Positions 1-13,240 of a stretch of 64,000 nt of DNA are shown here, one piece after another. The stretch comes from Geosiphon pyriformis uo1 (taxonomy: Eukaryota > Fungi > Glomeromycota), in assembly GCA_016748015.1 (NCBI GenBank), contig JAAOMT010000518.1, positions 248,001 through 312,000 on the forward strand, written 5' to 3'. The notes under the pieces were generated by a model, which did no database searches, was not told where the DNA came from, and saw nothing but the letters and a program-made list of their open reading frames with translations. Every line of letters starts with the position of its first letter. Position 1 is the first letter of the stretch. A program made the translations under genes and the position numbers.

Positions 1-61
1 TTACTTGAAGTTGATCACAACTTTCCTGCCTAAATATTTTTATTTTTTATTATTTGCAAAG

Positions 62-1717
62 TGGAGGCCGGAAAACAATTTTTTCAGAAACAAGCAGAAC
101 AAATTTTAAACAGTTTTCGTTTTCAATGTGAACTTGAACTCAATAAACTACCTAAGGAAATTAGAAATTTGTCAGTACAAGAATTTGTACGTGAATACAA
201 TGCGGACTCTGAAGAATACTTTGCCAGAATTTTTAAGGATGAAGGGACCATTGTGGATGATATCATTGATGACTATTTGCGAAACGATTCTGATTATGAA
301 CAAACGTTCCAAGTATCTGATAATGATTTCGGAAAAGGAATCATAAAAGACTATGAGGAAGTGTCTCACAAAGGTCCAAAGGAAGCATATAAAGAGGAAG
401 CTTGCACAAGAGAAAAGGAAGAAACCAAAGAATATGAGGAAAATAGTAATGATCCAAATGAGAAATACAAAAATGCGTTTGATAAAGTCATAAAGGAAGT
501 AGTCAACAACGGTTTTCATGAAGATCAATATGAAAAACAAAGAGAGACACCTAACGAAAAACAAAAAGAAACATACATAGATGTCCTTCACGAAACCCTG
601 AAAGATGAATTTGAAAACGTTTTTTTCGAGAAACCAATGGCAGATGGCAAGGAGGCTCTAAACGATGAAAAACGAGAAGATAAACCCGCGCTTGAAACAA
701 ATCAAAATGAAAAATCTGAAGAATGTAATGATCAGTGTCACGAAGTCTTAAAGGAAGAAGACGCGCTTAATCTGCTTCCAATGGAAGAATGTAAAGATTA
801 TCAAGTCGCTCTTGACGAAATCCCAAAGAAAGAAAATGAAAAGCCTGTTATAACTGCTCAAATTGTACCTTTTAAAAGGTTGTTGTTGATGTTATTGTTT
901 CGACAATTTTAATCACATTATGTGCCAGAATTCTTTAATTAAGTTTATTAAAATTGAATTAGAACAAGGGCCTTCCGCGACAAACAAGTAAACAGTAGAA
1001 AAGTGGAAGGATCCGAACCAAGTTCAGGACCAGAAGTTCATTATCCTAGCAAAAGAAACGGTAGGAAAACCGAATTTAATTGAAATTTTTATGAATTGTT
1101 ATTAACATATAGCAACTCATAGCGCGTGCCTTGCGTTCGACTACTTCGCAAAAAGAACTCGATCAACCTTTTGCAAGCAACAGAAGACTGAGTATATATT
1201 TTAATTTAAAAACTTGTCTTTTATCGTCCACTCACCCATCTTTGCTCCCTATAATTAGCTCGATCTATGGCGGAGTCGTTTTTACAAAGTGAACTTCCAG
1301 CCTCAAAACGTACAAGTATTTTATTTTTAGAATTCAATTTGCGGCCTGTTCTTTATTTCTTAGTTTGTGCTCTATTGAAATTTTAAATTACCAGCTCGAA
1401 TAACCGCGCGTAAAACGGAGGAAGTTTTTGCATCAAAGAATAATAACTTGGGGTCAGGTACGTGTATGGTTCAACTTTTCTTTGGAATATTTCCTTTGAT
1501 GAAAATAGTAAATCTTAATATTATATTGTAAATCCAGTGCGACAAACACGTCAAAGGAAGAAAATTGAGAATAAGGTGAGAAAATTTGGAAATTTCTCAT
1601 GTTATGGATGTCGCGTAGAAAATTATTAAGTTATTATGATTCACACCAAAATAGGAAAACCTTGATCTATTTTCACCAATTCAAACTCGAGCTAAAGCAC
1701 GTTCAAGATTAGAGTGA
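62..1717 (+). CDS. Borealin/Nbl1-like chromosomal passenger complex subunit (5'-partial, multi-exon)
   Basis: First exon encodes VEAGKQFFQKQAEQILNSFRFQCELELNKLPKEIRNLSVQEFVREY, resembling the Nbl1/Borealin N-terminal helix (L..IP..IR.M...EF...Y). A long acidic region follows. GT-AG introns lead to a last exon 1655-1717 (ENLDLFSPIQTRAKARSRLE*). The start lies upstream of the window. Confidence 0.6.
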
Positions 1718-2525
1718 TTGACATATTGCACATTAAAGTATATCAATTCTTACCTTCCGTCTGCCCTTTTTTTCTCAAATTTGGTGAACCATTTTGCAAA
1801 AATTGAATTTATTAATACGATTTTCCAACCCACATCAGTGTTAAATTAAACTACATGCACGAATTTGCAGGGGTTTTTTAAGTATACGCCAGATTTTGGT
1901 CATCAACGTATTATACCCTTTGCTTAACAGCTTCGCATTTAGGGCTTATATAGCAATATAAAAAAGATTTTGTAGGTCAATTGTGTATTCACAATCAGAA
2001 AGTGGGGTGAAATTTCTTTAGACAGGAATTTGACATTTTCTCATCCCTTACGCGTTCATTACATCTGCTCCGCCTGATCAATAATTGATCTAACTTAAAT
2101 TTGTTAACAAAATGACTATAGTACAACAAATCTCCGTCCTACACAAAATACAAATCAGTTATAGTTTAGGCGTAACACCTTTCTCTACTTGATGACCAGT
2201 CGGCAGGCCGCAAACTCCAATTCCTCATTTGCTTCGAACCATATTCAAATTTAGCTGATACGTAGTTCATCTGCGGCCGGGCAAGAACCGTTTTGGCCCC
2301 CTATTATTATGAATTTGAATTGTTCAAGTGTAGGAGATATATGGGTGTTTATATGGAAATATGGGTTTTTGGGAAACAAGAGAAACGGAAACGTTTTTTC
2401 AACGACGTCGATTACGTTTCCTGTCCGCAACGATTCAGCGATTTTGAAGATTTGCAAAAAAATGTAAAGCCATTTGCCAAAACAATTCAGCCGATTCCCG
2501 GGCCCAAGAGCACCATAAGAGAAAA

Positions 2526-3701
2526 TCATGGCAACAAATTCCAATAAGCTAAATTTGCGGCAGAATCATACCTTTTTCCCACACGAGAACTTCGAGAATT
2601 TTCGTCCGCGTATTCCACACTCTGAAACGGCTCCATACCACTTCCAATCATATCTATCTGCTCGATGCCACCGTGATCGTGGCCACTATTTTTGGAAATC
2701 TTGACATTTTTGCGAGCTTTTTCTACATCAGCCTCATATTTTTCTTTGTCAAGTTTGTTGGCGGCAGCTGCTTCTCGCACATGTTGGATCTTGACATCTA
2801 TTGTTTTCAGAATCTCCTGTGATGTCTGAGACCTTGAAAAGAAGATTTAATTAGCCTTGAAACAATAAATTAAAGTAAATTTCAGAAATGTGAACATACC
2901 ATGCCTTTAAAACCTCTAACATATGATCGATTTGGCCTGGCCTAAGATCCCTACCCATGGTACACTCAATCTCGAGCTGTTTCTTCTTTTGATCTAATTT
3001 GCCCTTAATAACATCCTGATAAATCGCTTCAATAATCAAGTCCTCAAGTTCACGCACATTTGATATATCTAAATAACTCAAAAGCACGTCATAAGGGATC
3101 GTCTAGAAGATAAAAGATATGTGATCAAAAAGGCTGCTAACTCTTGAACTCAATCATAAAGAGACCCAAAATAGATCCCACCCTTGTCTCTTCGGATAAT
3201 GAGACGATTGATAAATGCTTGAGTTTATTGAGCTGGGCTTGATCCAATTTAGGTAATATTTCACTATTTTCTAGGAGTAGATTTGTAAAAATCAAATAAA
3301 TACATGAGGGGCAATTGATAATACATTTAAGAAAATGGGTCAAAAACTTTAAGCATCTTACCTTTGTAGTCTTTGTAAGTCCCATATGAAAACAGGCGCA
3401 ACAACCTATGATATGGGTTATGCTGTTCGTGGTTCCCTAGCTATGGAACCACATGGTTTAGGGCCATTAAAACCCCAAAAAGTGATTTAGAATTGGTTTA
3501 AAATATAAGGTTAATAAAGTAATAATACATTACCTCTGCAACATTCGGCATTTCCAAGAGTTCCGCAAACACGTAAATTCCTGGTGCTGCAAGTGCTTCT
3601 CTGATCAACTGCACCGAGGCGGCACCCTTGGCCGACTTGGAGAGAAGAAGGTACGGTTCGAGACGCTGACGATTTGAAGAGCCAAGTGCGACTTGGGCCA
3701 T
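2526..3701 (-). CDS. CSN7: COP9 signalosome subunit 7 (PCI domain)
   Basis: ATG at 3701: [28 protein letters not shown]...[11 protein letters not shown]; then [58 protein letters not shown]. The 3' end is uncertain because a donor at 2571 may splice to a further exon near 2050-2270. Confidence 0.9.
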
Positions 3702-4181
3702 TTTCACTTTTGATAGAGAAGCCAATAATAGCTTTGAAAAATTACAGTAAAATATTAATGGATTAGCCCTTTAATTAGATTATGAAATTAACTGAACCAG
3801 CGAAAGAACACCAGTTATTCAGAATAATCATTAGTATAATTGATAGGGTGTTACTGATCACAAAAATGAAACGTTTTTATAATGCGAGAACCTTGAGCTT
3901 CTAAATCCAATCGCTTTAAATATTGAGAAACACGGCCACAACTTTAAAATGGCTCTACCTTTCTTTAACTGTTATAAAAAACTGTACATGCTAAATATAC
4001 TCTATGAAAGTGAATAAATGATAGTATCATATATTCAAAAGCTTGGAAGTGATAAACTTCCCCACCTTCTAGTATCTTCCAAATATCACGTTTTGCCAAA
4101 GGACCAAAAAATACCAAACTTATCTGTTAATGAATACGTCTGTAAACTTGCTGCTGTTTGATCTTAAAATTGCTCCACCGA

Positions 4182-7100
4182 TCACCGGTTTTGTAATTGG
4201 GCAATATAGGCATCCAATTCTTGGGCAATGATATGATTTGTACATTTGCTACGGATTTCTCTAAAAAAATTGCAATAAATTCATAAGCGAAAATGAGGAC
4301 CGTGGTTGGTACAGTAAAGGAGACTAACCGCAATAATTGAATATCCTTCAAAGCAAGCGCTTCTTGACCAGCAGCTTTAAAATCTCCCATTTTGATAAAC
4401 AACCCAGGACGAACTGCTGGTTCACACTTGAGAATATACTTGGCAGCTTCTCGATTTTGCATCGCCTTGATGCATTCTTCGACGAAAGGCTTTAATGACG
4501 ATACATTAAAGGATTTAAGTGGGAACATTTTGAGAACTGAAATTCAAATTAAACAAATATTGATGTCTACCTCATAACCAATGGGGGATTTTTTGGATTT
4601 TGCAAGTTTGTCCAATTCCGCCCATTCTCTCATTTCAACCAGGGCCTTGAGCTTGATCCACCAAAAGCTTGGAATTAAAAATATTCAATCAGCATGATGT
4701 TCAAAAAGGAATTCAATAACGAAGAAATCCATTTACCGCTTGTCCGGAATTTTGAAGTCAGATTTCAGTTTATCAGCTTTACCAGGTTCTTTTGACATGA
4801 TGCATTTATGCACTGTCTCGCTCACAGATAAGCCAACAAATTGCTGGCCTACAATTTCCTTTTCAAGCTGAGATTGTTTCTGTAGGAGCTTGATATTTTC
4901 CTCGATCGCCTTACAGTAAAAGAAATGGAGAGTCAAAAATTATTGTAGGGACAAAGCGCAATGTATTTAGATTTGATAAATCGATCAAGTTTACCTTAGC
5001 CTCAAAGCTATGATCCTTGTCATCCTGATATGCCTTTAAAGCTACTTTCAACTTATCGATCCGGTCATGAAGATCCTTGAAATTAAATAAAAAGAATTAT
5101 TAATAGGAGATAAAGAAAACTAGATAACGAAAAAAACTAAGGTTGTTCAAAACAGTAGTTTGGTATGACTGATGGGAAGGAGCAAATGTTTAGGCTCTTG
5201 CATACCTCAGGGGAAATTTTGATGACTAACCGTTTGTTCATAACTTTCCAAAACAGTAATGTTGGCTCGATCCACATGTCTGTCATCTTGATAATAAAAA
5301 TCCTTCAACAACTTCAGGTCTTGTTGTTTACAGAAAACCTCTAGCAGATTACAGGCCATAGGTTTGTCATTGATAATTCTAAAAAACTCCCCAGACGGAA
5401 GAAGCTTTTTTTTCAGGTGCAGCATCACAAGGTAGACTATAAGAAAGGATATCAGAGTACTGTTATCGACAAAGCGGATAATTTACAAAGTTGAAACGGC
5501 CAGTGTAATTATACTGATTGATTACCAAGATCCGTATCACCACTATCAATAGCTTTGGTTAATGCTAATTCATCTTCTTGCATACTCATGAGTAGGGGGA
5601 CTTGGTCGGCAGCGCGGGGCTCATAATCGAGGAGCTGAAATGTCCAAAATATTAAGAAAGGAAAGAATTTAAAATTTATTGTGCAAACAGTCTAGAAACG
5701 AACCCTTGTAGCCAATTTTGGTTGCCCCACTTTGTGTGCCGTTCTAGCTATTTCGGCGTAAGAAAGGCCAGGTTTATTTGCCAGCTTCTCAACAATCATA
5801 CGACAGATTGTTTCTTCGTCATCTTTAGACTTCTTAATCTATGGGAAAAGCAAAAAAGATAAAAAGGCTTCAGGAATGAATGGCATTAAACCGAAAATTT
5901 AACTTTAAATTAAGATTACCTTTGCGCAAGCCCAATGAATCAATACCCTATCAGTTCTCATCTTAAGATACTCACAAATGCGTAAAGCCAACAAATGATT
6001 ATGGCGATTAATCAAGCGGTCGATAAGAGCATCAGGAGTCAGGCGGATATATCTATAAATGGAGATAATCAGTATAGAGTTGAGAGGGAAAAAGCGCTCG
6101 CATCAACTTACTGCGTGTACGTAATAGGTATTCCTATTTCATAAAATCGTACAGCATTTAAAACTCTCAAGGTTTGACATATGTTAACAAAATGGTCAGC
6201 GTTATAATTTTCCAAGAATGCTTTGCCGAAAGAAGCAGCTTTAAGCAAGTTACGTTGCCAGTATTGGTTGAATTCATGACCAGCAGCTTCGATACAAGCA
6301 TCAACAGCGTCAGCAAGCTCTGTTCGAATACTCCGAATATTATCATCGGCTTTTGGACTTCGTTTCTAGATAATTTAGAAGGTGTAAAGAGACAGCCCAA
6401 TCATGACGATTTTTCAGAGAATCTTTTAAAAATGAGAATCACCTCAAAATGTTCCAAGGCGTCGACTAACATGGCCCCTGGGGCAGTTGAGCCAAACTTG
6501 TAAATGTCTTCAGTGACGTCTAGGATATTGTTGAATAAACTTTAAAGGGTTCTGACCTGGGAAGTCAACTGACTCAAGGTAAAATACATACTGGGAACCT
6601 TCTGCAAGAACTCGCATTTGTCACTGCTAATCACCCGAACGCCATCAACTTCCGGATTTAAGTATATAGCATCATCATATGTATGCTTTATACCGTCTCC
6701 AGAAGGGCCAACCATCAAAACAACCTTGTCCCAATACATTACTACAGAATCAGTTCCACACCTGTAAATATTGAACACGCAAGAAATTAAAGGAGGATGA
6801 AATAAGAAACGGAAAGACTTCTTAGAGAAGATCTTACCAAACTAACTGCTGCGGAGGTGATTTGAACTTTGTAGAATATTCAGAAAGGTTCTTTTGAAAA
6901 TCCGTAGAAACTACCCAAAGTTTACTGTCGGTTGTAAATAAAGCAAGAAATTTCCCATTCGGTGATACCGCCATTTTAGTAAATGGTCCCTGTTGAAGTA
7001 ACTAAGTAATTGATAGTGCAAATTTGTTGAGCTATTAGTTGTAATTAGCAAAAGCCACGGTATTAATTAGTCACAAGAGACTTGACGGTAATCACCTGGT

Positions 7101-8082
7101 CTTGGGATTCTTTGGCATCCACGGTTAAGATGGTCGATCCTGTTGCTAAAAGAACTTCAACATGGCGACTAAGGGTATATTGAGGGGGTATGACTGTCCA
7201 GCTATGTGGAGGTTCGTTCAGACCTTTTAAAAATGTGATTTTGGAATAGGATTAATAAGATTCTTTCCACGAAGGGAACGTAGAAAACGAAGAATACCAG
7301 GGTCTGCCATGAGCCGCGGTCTTGGCTCCTCAAAATTTGTAAGGGCGACCAATTTAAAGTTTCCTGTAAGTACCACTAGACCAGTACCCCATATTTGACA
7401 ATCTATTACAGAATGATCTTTGGCTTCCTAAAAGAACGACTTTCTAGGATCAATACGGAGAATTCGTGTCGTTAAAATTGGGATATGTGATCATCTACTC
7501 ACTTTTCCGAGAGAGAATTGAGCATATTCACCATGAATATCATAGAGTCGAATTGTACCATCCTCCAAGACTACTATTAATTGTTCGGTCTCTGTCCATC
7601 CCATTGTGATGATACGACCCTTGTCCCACTGTTAAAGATTATTATTATAAGTCCAGAGGAAAAGTTTTGATTTTGCGTTATATAATTGAAAACTTACTTG
7701 CAATTGTTCCATTAACTTTCCAGCCGAGGTGTAAAGATAAATAGTGGGCTTAACAGGTTGTTGCTTTTGTAGTACCAATACCTTTTTATCATCACGTATC
7801 ATTGCTTTTAAAGGGTGAGCAATGAGTCAGGTTTGGGAGGAATGAATGAATTTTCCCGAGAGACTTAAGAGTTATTACCTATGGGTCCACCATTAGGGGC
7901 CCCTGCTATCATGAATTTTGAAAGATCCATGTGTTTCCATAGCATTGTATAAATTTCCTGCTTTCTAAAACGAAAGTTGAATTTCAACAGCTATCGTTTA
8001 AAAGTATATAGGTTTTTAGTTGAACAAACCTATAAAAGCGGTCTTGCAATTGCATCCAATCTATAGTGGGTTGTGGAGCCAT
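4182..8082 (-). CDS. VPS16: Vacuolar protein sorting-associated protein 16 (HOPS/CORVET core), many exons
   Basis: [27 protein letters not shown]...[14 protein letters not shown]; [11 protein letters not shown]; EVDGVRVIS; LLKAASFGK; [16 protein letters not shown]; KSPIGYEPFV; ends [12 protein letters not shown] (TGA 4184-4182). The introns I traced are canonical GT-AG. Confidence 0.96.
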
Positions 8083-8501
8083 GACTATGGGGGAAGGAGG
8101 CAATTTAGTTGAAATTTGAAATCTTTTCAATGATTTTTAATTAAATGTTGTTGGCCAATTAATAGATCGTTTTTTTTTTAAAATATATAAATATATATAT
8201 AAAATTAAAATTTGAATAAATGACATAGTTTAAATTTAAATATAAATTTTACATGATATAATAAATAAGTTTACTAAAAATATTTTAAAATTTAAAATTA
8301 ATTGAATTGTTAAAAATATAAATTGACTATTTCTTTAATTTTAATTGATTTATTAATATTTTATTAAACTTTATTAATTTTTATTATTATAATTTTTAAA
8401 TTAAATTTTCTTAAAAAAATATTTTTAATCTTTAATTATTTTTTTAATTTTTAATTTTTAAAAGAAAAAAACTTTATTGAACTCAACAAATCAAAACAAA
8501 A

Positions 8502-9235
8502 CTTAGCAATTTCTTTTAAGTATACAAAGGTATTATCTAAATTTCAATAACTGTTATGTTGGTCTTTGAAAATCTATTTTAACAATTAATAATATAGTTA
8601 TTTATAGACATATTAGGGAAATTTGTATAATGTCAATTAAATTATCATTTTAAAGTAGTAGTATGCTCCTCATTAGCAAATCTTCTTTTTTAACAAAAAT
8701 TAAATTTATGTTATTTTCAGGAAGCTAAAATCTGTCTAGTTTGAGTATGATAAAATTTCAAGGCAAATGACATTTCGATAGTGCCCAGGATCTTTGGTAC
8801 GTTTCAAATTAATAATTTAATGGGTTTTCTTTTTAGCATTAAAAATCTTAAAATTTATATTTCTTAAATATATATATCAGATTTTGTTTGTAGAGAATAC
8901 ATAAACACATTTGGTTATAATTTAAACCATCTCAATTATATTTCATCATCTCTCTCATATTGTTTTCATCCTTTAAAATTAGCTATAATTAATTTTTTTT
9001 TAAATTAAAATGCACTTTAAACTTAATCTTCAAAGCAGATATAAAATTATAATAACAACTTTGATGCCATTAATATTTTATTTTTGGATGCACGGAATTC
9101 AAAAAAAATTTAATAGATTTAAAAGGCTTTCAAAATATTAAGTTCATTCAAAAATTAGATAAAAATCAAGATTTTTCAATTATGAAACTTACAAAGTTTT
9201 CACTAAATACGAATCAAACTATAAGACATTCACAA
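8502..9235 (+). pseudogene. Inverted partial duplicate of the upstream region and 5' coding part of the Lipase_3 pseudogene at 24.4-26.7 kb
   Basis: 8502-8570 aligns to revcomp 26666-26734, 8640-8720 to revcomp ~26240-26317, and 8888-9235 to revcomp ~25330-25673 (e.g. atgcactttaaacttaatcttcaaagcagat and tatgaaacttacaaagttttcactaaatacgaatcaa are identical). Confidence 0.85.
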
Positions 9236-11901
9236 TCACAAAAGAAATTCTTAATATAGTGGCTTTTCTTTAATAATTTATCAAGGGTTATAATAATTAT
9301 AAAATGATTTTTAATGAAGTTAATTAATAATAAATAATAATAATAATAATAAATAATAATAATAATAATAAATAATAATAATAAATATTTTTACTAGGAT
9401 TTTTTATTATCTAAAAAATTATAACTTGAAAATTAATTCACAAAAATAAAATAATTATATTTAAAAAATTATATAGCTATAAAAAAATTTTCAAAAATTA
9501 TTTTAAGTCAAAAAAAAATTGTTTTTATAAATTGGGTTTTTATTTCAAGTATAAAAACTATTATTATGTCAAATATTTTATGATATTTTATATATTTTTT
9601 ATATAAATTTTTATTATATTATTTTATATTTTTAAAGTTTTGTTTTTATTAAATTATTTATTATTTTCTGAAAAACTTTAATTAATTTTTAATTTAAACT
9701 GGTTGAATTTTATTTAAACTACTTGAAATTTATATAAAATACATAAATTTTAGCTTAAATTGCTTAAACAGTTTGAAATTCAGCTTAAATTGCTTAAATT
9801 GCTTAAACTTGCTTTAATATTCAAAGTTTAAAGTTTTACATGTTTTAATTATAGTATTTTATAATATTTGTAAATTAAAAATTTTTTAAGTTTTAAATTT
9901 TGTTTAATTTGGTTAAATTTATTATTAAAAAAATTAGTTTTTGGTAAATTTAATTAATTAATTAATTAATTATATATTAATAATTTTTAAATTTCCGATT
10001 TTTTTTAAATATACTATAAAAAAATACAAGAATTAAAAATTCAATATTACATATTATTATAAAATTCAATTAAACTTATTCAAAATTACTTTATAAATTA
10101 CTTTATTCATTAAAAGATATAAATTAAAAAGGATTAAAAACTTGACTTTTTTAAATTTTTTATTAATTAATTTCAAGAATAAGTTTTTTATAATTGTTTA
10201 ATTTATAAATTAACTTTTATTTTTTTTATTTTTAAGATAATATTTATTTTTTAAAGGAAATTTATTTGTAAAAAAAAAGTTTTTTTTTAAAAAAAATTTA
10301 CAATAATATATAATGTAATTGTTTATTTAATACCAATTTATATAAATTAACAGTTTGAAAAAAAAAATTTGTCTCTTTTTACAAAAAAAAAAAAACTAAA
10401 TTTTTTATATATATAATTGAGAAAATTTTTAGAAAAATTATTTTGAGTAAAAAAATTTAATTTCAAAATAATTGTATTAAAATATTTGATATTTAATTTT
10501 ACCTTTAATTATGAAATATTTATTTGAGTTGTGGAATATCTTCAATTATAAGATTAATGTTATTATGCCAAAAAGATTAAGTTTTTAGCTTTTTCAGACA
10601 GTAGAGAGTGACTTTAAATTTAAGAGATTGAGAGTGTTGATATTGGCGACAGATTGTTGGGTAAATAAAGGTAACAGGTTTTGTACATTACTGAAATTAC
10701 ATTGTTTATAACAAATGTGATGTCGATTATTTAATATCTATTAAAGATTAATAGAAATAAAATGTTCAAAAAATAAAATATGCTCACTTACGTTTACCTT
10801 AATCTTTAAAAGTTCAATCAAAGGTAGCATAAAAAAATTAAAACTAGCAATCTTTTATGTATTTTAATTAGATAGAAATATTTTAAAATTTTCAACAATA
10901 AATTATTACTTTTACGAATGCTTTCTTTTTCTTTTTAAAGTATTCAAAATGAAACAAGGAAATTAATAATTAAATCTATGAAACAAATTTTAAAGAAAAT
11001 AAAAATATCATAAATATGTACATAAATTTTACCTGTTTTATATATATATATATTCTGCTAAATTTTTTTAATGGCTTCATTATATTATGTAATTTTCAGA
11101 AAATCATTATTGATGTCAATAAAATAATATTAATTCGATTAAATGTGTTTTTCAATACATTCACTTTAATAGTTCTATTATCTACTTTTACAAAGATGGT
11201 CTTAGTTTTATTGATTTGATGAATAGAAATATTACTTATTATTATTATTATTATTATTGGATGAGGAGATTTTTTTTGAAATAAATTATGTTTACTTTTT
11301 TATGACCCTTAATAAAATAGTTTTGTTAAGTAATATTGATTAAAAATCTTCATATTTAGTCTTTGTTAAAATTATAAAATATTAATAAATTAATAAAGAC
11401 TCCCTAATAATAATAATAATAATAATTTTTAATTGTTAATACAAAAAAAAACATATTTATTTTTTTATATACAAAAAATACTAAATTAATTATTTAAAAA
11501 AATCATAAAGTGAATACTATGATTAGCATGAGTGATTAACTTTTTTTTTAAAAAAAAAAAAATGATTAGATCTCCAAGAACTAGATGGGGATAATATTTG
11601 ATTGTTTGATTACAAATGATTTTCGTAAAAAAATTAAAAAAATTAAAAAAAGATTTTCAAAGATACGAGAAATAAAATATTGTATCAAAATAATCAGATT
11701 TCACGATTACTCAATTAGTTCATTTATTTTCTTTAATCACTTTCATACTTTTCTTTAAAAATTTACACCACACAAAACACGCTACAAGCAAATCTTTATT
11801 ATTTCCTTGATGACTCGGTGTTTTTTTTGTTTTTTTTCCTATTTTAAAAACATATACAATATGAATAAAGATATAATTAATAACAAATGGTAAAAAAGGA
11901 C

Positions 11902-11902
<1 letters not shown>

Positions 11903-11981
<79 letters not shown>

Positions 11982-11990
11982 TATACACTA

Positions 11991-12042
<52 letters not shown>

Positions 12043-12076
12043 GCTACTAAGAAATAATGTTACTACTACTACTACT
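11903..12076. repeat. Compound microsatellite (AAT)n followed by (ACT)n
   Basis: Visible directly. It generates the spurious poly-I/poly-S ORF 11839-12117. Confidence 0.95.
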
Positions 12077-12390
12077 CTCATTAATTCACAATAATATTTA
12101 TGATACATGATATTCAATATCTAGAGATCCTAAAATCAAAATGAATGACGTCACGCGATACTTGATTCATAGACTAAAAAGATTTTCATTAATAATGCCC
12201 AAGCGCAAAAGATCAAAAAGATGAAAAGTAAAAGGGAAAAGGATAAATTTTAAATAAGGAAAAAATAATAATTATACAAAATGTCTCTCTCACTCTTTCT
12301 GTAAACTCTTTGTATCTAATTTATAAAATATTAACATAGTTTCAAGATGAATGAAGTGAGAGGCTGTTGTTTGGTTGATTGGTTGATTGG

Positions 12391-12427
<37 letters not shown>

Positions 12428-12526
12428 ATCATGAAGCTTGATATAATCATAATCATGACTGATCGTCCCCAAAAATTGTAGATTCGAGATATGGGTAGTC
12501 AATGATCGAAAAGCAATCAAAAAAAT

Positions 12527-12878
12527 TTACACGCTATAACCCGGAGGTTGAGATTTCTCGTTAGATTCACCACTAAAACGTCGTGCTTTTTTGATACCAA
12601 CTCCACCAAAGCAGCCAATGACCAGATAAAGTATACCGATTATGAAGATGAAATAACCGGGAACTACTATGAATACGTATAAACTAAAAGATGAGAGAAA
12701 AGAGAAGTGTTAATTTAAATTTGCAGAAAATATTTTTATGTAATAATCTTTAAATAAAATTTTACCTATGGCCTAAAAACACTTTGCTGCTAATTCCACT
12801 ATCATACCCAAGAATCAAAGAGCCCATTCTACGAAAATCACGAGAAAAGAAAAGATAAGATTAGAAATTGAAAATTAA

Positions 12879-12939
<61 letters not shown>

Positions 12940-13240
12940 GTTATAATTTTCATACTTACATGATTTGTAGAAATCCGAAAAAGGTCCAGCTATGTGAATC
13001 ATCCAACATTGGTAACCAAAAGTATAATTTTTTAGGCCATCCCAACTCTGCGAATATCAAAACTAAAGCCAGTGAAGCAATTACACATCTGTTAAGAAAT
13101 TGAAACATCGTGTTGCTACGTCCAAAATCCGGGAAACCTTTCACGTTAACTATTACGCAAGTTGCAATTGCTAGAATTAATGAGATTATAGAGAGCACGC
13201 GCAGCGTGTTTAAGGCAAGAAATGGTGTGTTTAATGACAT
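12527..13240 (-). CDS. Small ~167-aa four-transmembrane protein of unknown function (3 exons: 13240-12960, 12828-12766, 12683-12527)
   Basis: MSLNTPFLALNTLRVLSIISLILAIATCVIV...FGFLQI|IMGSLILGYDSGISSKVFLGH|SLYVFIVVPGYFIFIIGILYLVIGCFGGVGIKKARRF...GYSV*. GT-AG introns keep the frame; four hydrophobic segments. Confidence 0.8.

Noticed and set aside
128-6503. Antisense or alternate-frame ORFs over the Borealin-like gene and VPS16 (128-346, 172-591, 4392-4577, 6167-6400, 6174-6503); similar shadows over TFIIB, ECT1 and the SET gene
   Set aside because: Shadows of real coding exons with no independent motifs.
10500-10800. Slightly GC-richer patch with a minus-strand GTAAGT donor, possibly a pseudo-exon
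   Set aside because: No recognisable protein motif and multiple stops in all frames. It cannot be supported without a search.
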